Of a stretch of DNA of 34,421 bases, positions 1-9,727 are shown piece after piece. Source of the stretch: a bacterium (GTDB lineage: Bacteria; JACRDZ01; JAJRWM01). The notes under the pieces were generated by a model. It made no database searches. It saw only the letters and a list, made by a program, of their open reading frames with translations, and was not told where the DNA came from. The stretch lies in contig JAJRWM010000118.1 of the NCBI GenBank assembly GCA_024276815.1, positions 1-34,421 on the forward strand, read 5' to 3'. Positions within the stretch are counted from its first letter, which is position 1. Each line of letters begins with the position of its first letter. The position numbers and the translations under genes are program-made.

Positions 1-51
1 ATTGGAGTTCCCCCAGAGTTTTACGGGGCAAACCTTTTTAGCAACAAAAGG
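1..51. repeat. Dispersed palindromic (REP/MITE-like) repeat, copy 1
   Basis: 1-38 ATTGGAGTTCCCCCAGAGTTTTACGGGGCAAACCTTTT closely matches 34282-34320; short stem CCTTTT/AAAAGG follows; lies just past the ygiQ stop. Confidence 0.65.
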
Positions 52-54
52 CGC

Positions 55-1812
55 TCACACATGCCGTCTGGAAGGTTTTAATTCGCGGGTTTTGGCGTTC
101 TGTCTCTTGTTTCTCGTGTTCTGGGGCTGGATCAGTTCCCGCTGTTCTTTTCGTTCCCGGTACGTTTTTGGTACATAGATTTTCTCGCCGGTAAAAGGAT
201 CCCGCTCCGTATAATACAAGCAGGTCGATAACGTCATCGGGGGGGGCGTGAAATCCTGGATCTGCTCCGGCCTGATCCGCCGCGCCTTGAGGTAGTTTGC
301 CAATTCACGGGCTTCATTCCTGCCGCAGCCCGGATGAGCGGTAATAAAATAATTGACCAGGAATATTTTTTTGCGGGATTTTGGGTTTGTCTTCTGAAAC
401 TTGGCCACGAATTTCTCATAGACCGAATGGGGGGCTTTATTCATAATCTTCAGCACCTTATCGGAAACATGCTCCGGCGCTACTTTCATCAAGCCGCTGA
501 TATGATGCCGGCAAATCTCTTCGAGATACTTATCTGATTCATCATCAACCAGCAGATCGAAACGGAAACCGCTGCCGATAAAAACATGCTTAATCCCCGG
601 GACGTTCCTGATTTTGCGGTACAGGCTCAAACACTTTTTGTAATCTATCTTTAAATTCCGGCATTTATCGGGAACCAGGCATTTTCTGTTTTCACAAAAA
701 CCCCGCTTTTCCCAAAGCGAACAACTCGCCTGGTACAGGTTAGCCGTCGGCCCGCCGATGTCGGTGATCGTTCCCCTGAAGTTATCGTCATTAGCCAACT
801 CCCGGGCTTCCGCCAGGATTGACTGACCGCTGCGGCTCTGGACGATTCTCCCCTGGTGGAAATAAAGCGCGCAAAAAGAGCATTCGCCGGCGCAGCCCCG
901 ATGGGAAATGAGAGAAAACCGTACCGTCTCCAGTCCCTTGACGCCCCCCAGTTTGTCATAAACGGGATGCCATTTCCTGGTGAAGGGCAGTTCATAAATT
1001 TTGTCCAGTTCGGAAACGTCAAGGATTATGGGAGGAAACTGAACGACATATCTTGAATCATGCCGCTGAACCACCGGAATCGAACCAACCGGATTCATGC
1101 CGGCGTAAATCTTCCTGAAAGCCTCGTTAAAAGCGACTTTACTTCCTTTCACTTCCTCGAAGGAGGGGATAATTTCATATCCGCCAAGACCGGCAAGACT
1201 TTTTCTGACAACCGCGGTACCCTTAATATTATTTAAGGAATCCAGGCTTTCACCGTTGGCCAGCCGCCGGGCAATTTAAACAATCGGTTTCTCGCCCATA
1301 CCATATACCAGAAGATCGGCTTTGGCGTCCAGCAGCAAGGAACGTCTCACCTGGTCTTGCCAGTAGTCGTAATGAGCGAAACGCCGCAGGCTGGCCTCAA
1401 TTCCGCCCAGCGCTATGGGTACGCCGGGGAAGGCTTCCCTGACCCGGTTGGCATAGACGATCAGCGAACGGTCCGGCCGCTTGCCCGGCAAGCCCCCGGG
1501 ATAATAATCATCGACCCGGCGCGGTCTTTTGCTGGCGGTATAATTGGCGATCATCGAGTCGACATTGCCCGAAGTCAGGCCAAAGAAAAGGCGGGGCCGC
1601 CCCAGCTTTTTAAAATCACCCGGATTACGCCAGTCGGGCTGAGCGATGATACCAACTTTGTACCCTTTAGCTTCCAGAACCCGGCCGATGACGGCGACGC
1701 CAAAGGACGGATGATCGACGTATGCGTCGCCGGAGACAAGAATGATGTCGCACTCGTTCCAGCCCCGCTCTCTTAAATCGCTTTTGGAAATTGGCAGAAA
1801 TTTATTCTTCAT
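55..1812 (-). CDS. ygiQ: YgiQ/UPF0313 family radical SAM protein, interrupted by one in-frame TAA at 1276-1278
   Basis: N-part has [30 protein letters not shown]; C-part has [11 protein letters not shown] (CxxxCxxC), [14 protein letters not shown]. The two ORFs share a frame and the gap is open ([15 protein letters not shown]), giving 585 aa in total. Confidence 0.9.
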
Positions 1813-1898
1813 CAGGAGTATGATAACTCATTCCGTAGTTAAAAAATTAAAAAGATGAATTGACCGGCTCGCAAAACGCTCCAAGCTTGCAATCGTTC

Positions 1899-3512
1899 CT
1901 AAAACAGATTGGCGGGAATAACCAGCTCGGGACTTATTTCTCTTACTTTTTCTAACGCCCGCTCAACTCCGTTTCTGTTTCCCGACTGACCAGACTTTTC
2001 GGCCCGCAACAAGTAAATACGGCTGTAATAGCGGCGGACAACCATTTCCGGATACTCGCGTGCCGCTCGTGAGCCGGCAAACAGTCCCCGCGTTACCAAA
2101 TGCTTTTTCCAAGATTCATCGCTATCGCTTGCCAAGCCGTTAATCGCCCTAAACAGTAACCCTTTGTTGATAAAATCGACGCCGCCCCCCGGCTTGGTCA
2201 GGAACAGGGGCTGATTCGGGTAATCCCTGCGATAGCGGGAGTAGGCGCCGGGCGAAGCCTCTAATACCGTAAGCTTCGAGCCGCGGCTTTCAACCAGCTT
2301 GAAATACATTAACGGAAATAATTCGTAGATACCGGAAACCATGACCACCCCCCGTCCCTTAGTAATCTCAGTCATATTGCGACCGAAGTCATAGGTCAGA
2401 TAAAACGCCCGGCGATTGACGAGTACCCCGTTCCGCCACAGTGTCAGCGCCAGGACAAGCAAACCGAGCGCAAACGCGAAACGGGATTTTTTTCCCGAGA
2501 GATACATTAAACCGCCGGCGGCGAAGAAAAAGAGAATGACATAGGCTACCAGATAATAAGGGCCGACAGTAAAAACTTTAAGCGGGCTGAAAGGGAAACG
2601 CAGGATGAGAATAATCGCCAGAGAGTTCGCTAAAAAAAGGTAGACCGTTATTAACAGCCACCGCCGCTGATGCTTAAAGAGCCAGAACAGCCCCAGGCCA
2701 GCGAGGATCAGCGTCAGCGTTGTTCCCTGCTCAGCCAGTTTTTTCAGGAAATCGCCAATAAACCGCCGCTTCTCTTTAGCCGTAACTTCGTGGCTGAACT
2801 CGATCAAGCTGAATTGCCGTCGTGAGAGCATCCGACCGGCGCCGCGCCAGGTGGCCGGCGAATAACGCCAGCTGACCTGGGGATTGCCGCTGCCCAGAAC
2901 CGGCAGATAAAGATACACCATCAACCCCAGCAGGACCAGAAAAAGACTCAGAACAATTTTCTTCAGGACAGTCCCTACAGCCCGTTCGCCAGTGAAAACA
3001 AAATATATCAAAGGCGCGAAGGTTATTATCAGATAGTGATTAGCCAGTCCCAGTCCCAGGTAGAACGGCAAAGACCGGCGGTTCCTCTTGTTTAAAGTTG
3101 AAAGAATAATAAGCGCGATAACGCCGTTGAGCAGATAAACCTCCGCTTGCAAGGCCTGGCTCCACCAGAGCCGGCTTACCCCTAACAGAGCCGCGCCCAG
3201 AATTGAAAGCGGAAAATTGATCCCGAACCGGCGCAGCAACCCGCAGAAAATAACGACGCCGATGACGCCGATCAAAACACCGGACAGATTTACCCTGAAG
3301 GGGATACTGCCGAGGGGCAGGTTGATCAAGATTCTGTTGATTAACGTTACCAGCGGGTAACCCGGCGGGTGATTGATGCCCAGGGTGAAGGCGGCCGAGA
3401 TGAACTCCCCGCTGTCCTCAAGGTAAATCGTGGGACACAGGGTTTTTAAATATACGCCCAAGAGCAGGTTTGACGCAATAACCAGACAAAAGCTAGCGAG
3501 ATTTTTTTTCAT
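1899..3512 (-). CDS. DUF2723-domain (TMEM260-like, GT-C) multi-pass membrane glycosyltransferase
   Basis: Motif EDSGEFISAAFTLGINHPPGYPL, then AEVY and GLGLANH, many hydrophobic segments; likely start MKKNL at 3512, overlapping the upstream paralog. Confidence 0.8.
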   Translation of the reverse strand: MKKNLASFCLVIASNLLLGVYLKTLCPTIYLEDSGEFISAAFTLGINHPPGYPLVTLINRILINLPLGSIPFRVNLSGVLIGVIGVVIFCGLLRRFGINFPLSILGAALLGVSRLWWSQALQAEVYLLNGVIALIILSTLNKRNRRSLPFYLGLGLANHYLIITFAPLIYFVFTGERAVGTVLKKIVLSLFLVLLGLMVYLYLPVLGSGNPQVSWRYSPATWRGAGRMLSRRQFSLIEFSHEVTAKEKRRFIGDFLKKLAEQGTTLTLILAGLGLFWLFKHQRRWLLITVYLFLANSLAIILILRFPFSPLKVFTVGPYYLVAYVILFFFAAGGLMYLSGKKSRFAFALGLLVLALTLWRNGVLVNRRAFYLTYDFGRNMTEITKGRGVVMVSGIYELFPLMYFKLVESRGSKLTVLEASPGAYSRYRRDYPNQPLFLTKPGGGVDFINKGLLFRAINGLASDSDESWKKHLVTRGLFAGSRAAREYPEMVVRRYYSRIYLLRAEKSGQSGNRNGVERALEKVREISPELVIPANLF

Positions 3513-5379
3513 TAACGCTCCCAAGCCGCTCCGCCATGGCCAGAGCTTGCCGGGCCTTGGTATAGCCGGGATCAAACCTCAGGGCGGCGCGAAAGTGCCG
3601 GCTGGCGGCCGGATAATCTTTTTCGTACTTGGCGATTGCCCGTCCCAGATTAAAATGAACGACCGGGTTAAAGGGGGCCAAGCGGACAGCTTCCTGAAAT
3701 TCCCGTTTCGCCAAAGGATAGAGATTTCTTGCCAGGTAAAGCTGCCCCAGGTTGTTTCTCAGCCAAAGTATGTCCCGGCCAACCTGTATGCTTTGGCCGA
3801 AAAGCCGGTAAGCCCGCGGCACCTGTTTCCGCTGTAGAAGGGCCAGGCCCTTGAAATAGAACCGGGCCGCCAGGATTTCGTTTTCACCGTAACTCAGGGT
3901 GTTTTGATAGCGCCAGCGGAAATACCGTTCCTCCGGGAATCCCGGGGGCTGGTCGCTTTTTTGAAAAAGCAGGCCGTAAACGGTGGTTTTCAGGTTGGCC
4001 GGCTTATTCCGCATCAGGGTGAAAAACTTCTGACTGTTCCCCAAGCTGGAAGCGGGATCGCCGGGCGGGAACACACCGCCGTTTTGATCATAGATAACCA
4101 CATCGCTTCTTTTCTTTAAGACATGCTGGAGGTAGCTCAGAGGGAAGACGATATTGTTCCCCTGGGCAAAAAGAACCGCCTGCCGGGGCAGATTGATTAA
4201 AAGGTTATCCCCCTGGTCGAAGCCCAAAAAATTATCGCGTAAATCAACCCGGGGGAAATTTATTACCCCGACCCCCAAGGGCAACAATAAAAACAGCAGC
4301 CGCCAGCCCTTATTAAAGCGCTCCTTGTCTTTGAAATATTTCAGCCCGGCCCCGATAAAAATGGCCGTCAACCAAAAGACGGGCAGATAATAAACCGAGA
4401 ATCTGGCCCTGTTTTCAAAGTTGAAGGGAAACTGTAACAGGAAAATTATCCCGATCCCGCCCAGGAGCCAGATCGACGCCAACAAGTTGAACCAGCGGCC
4501 GTGTTTACGATACAGCCAGTAAACGCCGAACAAGGCCAAAAACAAGGTGGCAGGATAAAATTGTCCCGCTAATTCCCGGAATAAATGACCAAGAAAATTG
4601 AGCTTATCCAACAACGCCACGGGGCGGCTGAATTCCAGATGCTGGAACTGGGCGCGTCTCAAGAGCCGGAAAAACCGGTCCCAGTTGTCGGGGTGTCCCC
4701 AGTCCATGACGGCTCCGCGCGCTGATCGTAAGGGTAACGCGAGCGAGACCCAATAGCCCAGGAACAGAAAAATCAAGCGGGTTAAGTTCGTCTTCCAGCC
4801 AAGTCCACTTTTCCCGGAATATTCATAAAGTATGATTAAGGGAGCGAACAGGATTAACAAATAATGGTTGTTGAAACCCAGCCCCAGCCAGAGATAAAGC
4901 AGACGGCGGTAAGTTTGTCCCGCTCTGTTTTTAGCCAGCCAGAGCCAGTACAGAGCGCCGCCAAAAAACATCAGGTTGAGCTGATACACCTCGCTCTGTG
5001 AGTTCAAAAACCAGTAGGAACGGGAGAAAATCAACAGCAGACAAGTGAAAATTACCACATAGGAATCTTTGAACAGGGCCGCTGTCAGCCAGAACAAAAA
5101 GCAAAGCGCCCCGACCCCGCAGACGCCGGAAAACAGGTTTACCCGGAAAGCGATCTCGCCAAGCGGCAGCCGGGTTAACGGATGCGCCAAAAGGTTATAA
5201 AGCACATAGCCCGGCGGATGGTTATGCCCTAAAGTCGAGACGCTGCTGACAAATTGACCGCTGTCCTCGATATAAATAGTTGGAGCCGCTGTTTTCAGGG
5301 TGACTCCCCAGCAAACCAGGATCAGGACGCATAAGGATAATATTTTTCGTTCGTTTGCGAACAAAAGCGAAACTCTCAT
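3493..5379 (-). CDS. DUF2723-domain (TMEM260-like, GT-C) membrane glycosyltransferase with C-terminal TPR repeats
   Basis: EDSGQFVSSVSTLGHNHPPGY, SEVY, GLGFNNH, MDWGHP, GNNIVFPL; TPR-like NNLGQLY...AVRLAPFNPVVHFNLG...ALRFDP. Confidence 0.82.
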   Translation of the reverse strand: MRVSLLFANERKILSLCVLILVCWGVTLKTAAPTIYIEDSGQFVSSVSTLGHNHPPGYVLYNLLAHPLTRLPLGEIAFRVNLFSGVCGVGALCFLFWLTAALFKDSYVVIFTCLLLIFSRSYWFLNSQSEVYQLNLMFFGGALYWLWLAKNRAGQTYRRLLYLWLGLGFNNHYLLILFAPLIILYEYSGKSGLGWKTNLTRLIFLFLGYWVSLALPLRSARGAVMDWGHPDNWDRFFRLLRRAQFQHLEFSRPVALLDKLNFLGHLFRELAGQFYPATLFLALFGVYWLYRKHGRWFNLLASIWLLGGIGIIFLLQFPFNFENRARFSVYYLPVFWLTAIFIGAGLKYFKDKERFNKGWRLLFLLLPLGVGVINFPRVDLRDNFLGFDQGDNLLINLPRQAVLFAQGNNIVFPLSYLQHVLKKRSDVVIYDQNGGVFPPGDPASSLGNSQKFFTLMRNKPANLKTTVYGLLFQKSDQPPGFPEERYFRWRYQNTLSYGENEILAARFYFKGLALLQRKQVPRAYRLFGQSIQVGRDILWLRNNLGQLYLARNLYPLAKREFQEAVRLAPFNPVVHFNLGRAIAKYEKDYPAASRHFRAALRFDPGYTKARQALAMAERLGSVNEKKSR

Positions 5380-5406
5380 TCTTGTTAAAGCAGGATTATT
5401 GTTTTC

Positions 5407-5435
5407 ATTATATCGTCAGTATAATTTATCGTCAA
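5407..5435 (-). promoter_or_regulatory. Sigma70-type promoter for the DUF2723 pair
   Basis: Minus strand TTGACG-17 nt-TATAAT, 27 nt upstream of the ATG at 5379. Confidence 0.7.
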
Positions 5436-5519
5436 GACAAGCCAACGTTTCGCCCGGGATATATAGAACTTAATAACCGCTAGAAAGCTCTTTCAATATG
5501 GTCTTCCCGTACCCAGGCT

Positions 5520-5571
5520 GTCATTCCCGTGAAAACGGGAATCCAGTGGATACCTGTTTCGCAGGTATGAC
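5520..5571. repeat. REP-like double-hairpin palindrome (GTCATTCCCG..CGGGAATCCA type), copy A
   Basis: GTCATTCCCGTGAAAACGGGAATCCAGTGGATACCTGTTTCGCAGGTATGAC; contains ATTCCC-N8-GGGAAT; related copy at 7287-7339. Confidence 0.8.
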
Positions 5572-5776
5572 GCATTGACGCGGATATTGATCAAGCAGGT
5601 AATGTCCGCCGCCCCACTTGAACGTTCGGCTGTGCATCGCGCCGCCTGCGCGGCTTACTCGCAACGACATTGTGGATGTAAATTCCTGGCTAATAACAAG
5701 TAGATAGTGGAGACTTGATAATACTTTTGTTTAAGTTGGGTTAGCGGTAAACATTTCAAAAAGAAAGGGACTCCGC

Positions 5777-7222
5777 CTAACTGAGCTGATTGATCTTTGG
5801 CTCCGAAAGAACCTGGTGAACCTTCAAAAAGTTGGTTTTACCTTCACCCCCCAGAGGCACCCCGGCGGTAAAGACAACCAAATCGCCTTTTTTTAGTAAA
5901 TCATTCTGCGTACAGATTTTTTCAACCTGTTCAATCATCTCTTCCACTTTTAAGAACGGGGGGATCATTATTGAGTGGACGCCCCAGTATAATTGCAAAA
6001 CCCGGCGGGTCGCTTCCCGGGGCGTCGCGGCGATTATCTGGGAGCAGGGACGATACCTGCTGATCAGAGCCGCCGTTTTACCGCTGGTGGTCGCGCTGAT
6101 GATCGCCGCGGCCTTGAGATTCCAGGCGCTTTGGCAAGTAGCGTGGCTTACCGCGTCCGCAACGGAATACGAGACGCCTTCTCTCCGTAACCTTAAAGTC
6201 TGCTCGAAGGGGAAACTACGCTCAATGGTCCAGGAGACGCGAGCCATCATCCTGACCGCCATGACCGGGAATTTACCCGAGGCGGTCTCGCCGGACAACA
6301 TGACAGCGTCCGTGCCATCCAAAATGGCGTTGGCCACATCGGCCGCTTCAGCCCTGGTCGGGCGGGGATTTTCGATCATCGATTCCAGCATCTGGGTCGC
6401 CGTGATAACCGGCTTGCCGGCCTGGTTGCACTTTTTAATAATCTGTTTTTGGATCAAGGGAACTTCTTCAGGTTCCAACTCGACTCCCAGATCCCCCCGG
6501 GCCACCATAATGCCATCGGCCGCTTCAATGATCTCATCAATATTGTTCACGGCCTCGGAACATTCGATTTTAGCGATCAGGAAAACGCTTTTACCCAGAC
6601 CTTTAATAAATTCCCTGACGCTGTCAATATCGTTTCGGTTGCGGATGAAAGACAGCGCCAGAAAGTCAACTTCCATCCCCAGGCTGAATTTTATGTCTTC
6701 CTTGTCTTTTTCCGTCAGGATTGGCAAAGGCAACGTGACGTGCGGAATGGTCACCTTTTTGCGGTTTCTCAGAATACCGCCATCAATAACTTCCGCCAAG
6801 ACCTCTGTTTCGGTAACTTCTTTAATGTTGACCTCTAAATTGCCATCATCAAAGAGAATAACCCCGTTCTCCCGGCAGTAGTTCTGCAACATGTCAAAGA
6901 GCGGGATGGTGATTTCCTCAGCCGTGGTAGGTTGATTGGCGCCGCTGATTTTAATCATCTGGCCGGTCCTGATCTCGACCTCAGAATTGGCGACCTCGCC
7001 GATGCGCACTTCCGGCCCCTTGGTGTCGGCCATCAGAGCAATGGGCAGGTTAAGCCAGGCGGCGGCTTCACGTACCGTCTCCATCATTTCGCGGTGGCTG
7101 TCATAGTCGCCGTGAGAAAAATTGAAACGGACGACGTCGACGCCGGCGGCAAGCATGGCGGTAATAACTTCCGGCGCGGAACTGGCCGGGCCAATCGTCG
7201 CGACAATCTTGGTTCGAGGCAT
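5777..7222 (-). CDS. pyk: Pyruvate kinase
   Basis: TKIVATIGPAS, RFNFSHG, DTKGPE, MVARGDLGVE, ATQMLESM, DAVMLSGETA. Confidence 0.98.
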   Translation of the reverse strand: MPRTKIVATIGPASSAPEVITAMLAAGVDVVRFNFSHGDYDSHREMMETVREAAAWLNLPIALMADTKGPEVRIGEVANSEVEIRTGQMIKISGANQPTTAEEITIPLFDMLQNYCRENGVILFDDGNLEVNIKEVTETEVLAEVIDGGILRNRKKVTIPHVTLPLPILTEKDKEDIKFSLGMEVDFLALSFIRNRNDIDSVREFIKGLGKSVFLIAKIECSEAVNNIDEIIEAADGIMVARGDLGVELEPEEVPLIQKQIIKKCNQAGKPVITATQMLESMIENPRPTRAEAADVANAILDGTDAVMLSGETASGKFPVMAVRMMARVSWTIERSFPFEQTLRLRREGVSYSVADAVSHATCQSAWNLKAAAIISATTSGKTAALISRYRPCSQIIAATPREATRRVLQLYWGVHSIMIPPFLKVEEMIEQVEKICTQNDLLKKGDLVVFTAGVPLGGEGKTNFLKVHQVLSEPKINQLS

Positions 7223-7286
7223 AATTTACCCACTTCCGGTAAAATAACTTGTAAGGCGTCAGTCTTCCGGGGAAAAGACCTTATTT

Positions 7287-7339
7287 GTCATTCCCGTGCC
7301 AACGGGAATCCACTGGATTCCTGCATACGCCGGCATGAC
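7287..7339. repeat. REP-like double-hairpin palindrome, copy B
   Basis: GTCATTCCCGTGCCAACGGGAATCCACTGGATTCCTGCATACGCCGGCATGAC; same architecture as 5520-5571. Confidence 0.8.
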
Positions 7340-7446
7340 ATTACTGGTTCCCCCACTTCGCTGACGGGTTACAATAACTTTACCTTGGTTGATGGCGCTT
7401 CTTGCTTCAACCGGCAACAAGCCGGACTCGTAATCTCCGGAATATC

Positions 7447-8733
<1,287 letters not shown>

Positions 8734-8787
8734 TTAAGGCATCTCCTTTACCAGATGTATGAGTTCACGATAACTTACTCTGTTCCA

Positions 8788-8816
8788 ATCTTATCACCGC
8801 CGGCTGTAAATGTCAA
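8788..8816 (-). promoter_or_regulatory. Sigma70-type promoter upstream of eno
   Basis: Minus strand TTGACA-17 nt-TAAGAT with extended TGn -10; AAAGGAG Shine-Dalgarno before the eno ATG. Confidence 0.7.
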
Positions 8817-8858
8817 AACCTCCCTGGGCGCCAGTTCACCCCCCGGGACGGGCGGCGG

Positions 8859-9617
8859 TTACTTAAACAGTCTGCTGTTGATAATAATTTCAGCCGAACT
8901 TCGGAGCTTTGCCAGCCAGTCCTCCCACGCCTGATCAAACTTTTCGCTTTTAATTTCAGCGTTAACGAAATCTTCGTTTAAGGGAACCCTTTTAAATATC
9001 CGGTAATCCACACCGGTAGACACAACCGGGCTGAACCCGTACGTCTTGAGCTTGAAGACCGTCTCTTCCACCTCAGGATCAAGTACGCCCGGAAGCACCA
9101 TGCCCAGATCGAATTCCCTTTCCAGGGAATACTGTTTGGCCAGCGTTACGAAATCGGCGCCCTGGTTAAGTTCGTTAATCACCATCCGCGCCTTGTCCTG
9201 ATCGCTCAGAACTATTACCAGTAAATGAAACCTGCTTGCTTCATTACGCTGGAGGTAGGCGTCAATATCCTCCCGGCTGACCTGGATCTTTGCCCTGATT
9301 CTTTCTTTTTGGTCGTTGATAATTTGCTGAATCAACTGGCCCGCTTCGCTGGCCCGCTCCATTGACGACGGCTTGCCGGCATTCTGGACGATCAGTTCTT
9401 CAGCGATCAACAGGTCAAGGATTTGATCGAGATTTTGTCCGGCGCCGCCAAGGCTTCTCAACTTTTGGTCAAACGCTGACTTCAGGATATTTTTTCCGTT
9501 GACTTGAGCGACCACGTTGAGCGGCAAGGGTTTGAAGCTCGGCTGTCGCGCCTCTTTTTTACCACAGCCAGCGCCAAATAGCAGCAAAACGCTAAAGAAA
9601 ATTAAGACTTTTCGCAT
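8859..9617 (-). CDS. PpiC/PrsA-like peptidyl-prolyl isomerase or chaperone lipoprotein
   Basis: Signal peptide with lipobox FGAGC; VVAQVNG, GADFVTLAKQYS, DLG, SPVV; likely start MRKVL at 9617 after GAGAGG. Confidence 0.75.
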   Translation of the reverse strand: MRKVLIFFSVLLLFGAGCGKKEARQPSFKPLPLNVVAQVNGKNILKSAFDQKLRSLGGAGQNLDQILDLLIAEELIVQNAGKPSSMERASEAGQLIQQIINDQKERIRAKIQVSREDIDAYLQRNEASRFHLLVIVLSDQDKARMVINELNQGADFVTLAKQYSLEREFDLGMVLPGVLDPEVEETVFKLKTYGFSPVVSTGVDYRIFKRVPLNEDFVNAEIKSEKFDQAWEDWLAKLRSSAEIIINSRLFK

Positions 9618-9727
9618 AAGGCATCCTCTCTCTTTCATTAAAGCAATAGGCGATCAAGTGAAGTTGTACAGCTAACCCCGCGACACCCGGCTGAGCTAGC
9701 CCTGATTTAACAAAGCGGAACGGTTTC

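Noticed and set aside
239-246. G8 tract in ygiQ as a phase-variation site
   Set aside because: Short, in frame (Pro codons), and no evidence of length variation
5474-5750. Inverted ACCGCTA/TAGCGGT ends as IS or MITE termini
   Set aside because: Only a 7-bp match, with no target-site duplication or transposase
5832-6881. 349-aa plus-strand ORF
   Set aside because: Antisense shadow of pyk with no recognisable motifs; the same applies to the other short overlapping ORFs in the track (e.g. 17619-18362, 33549-34127)
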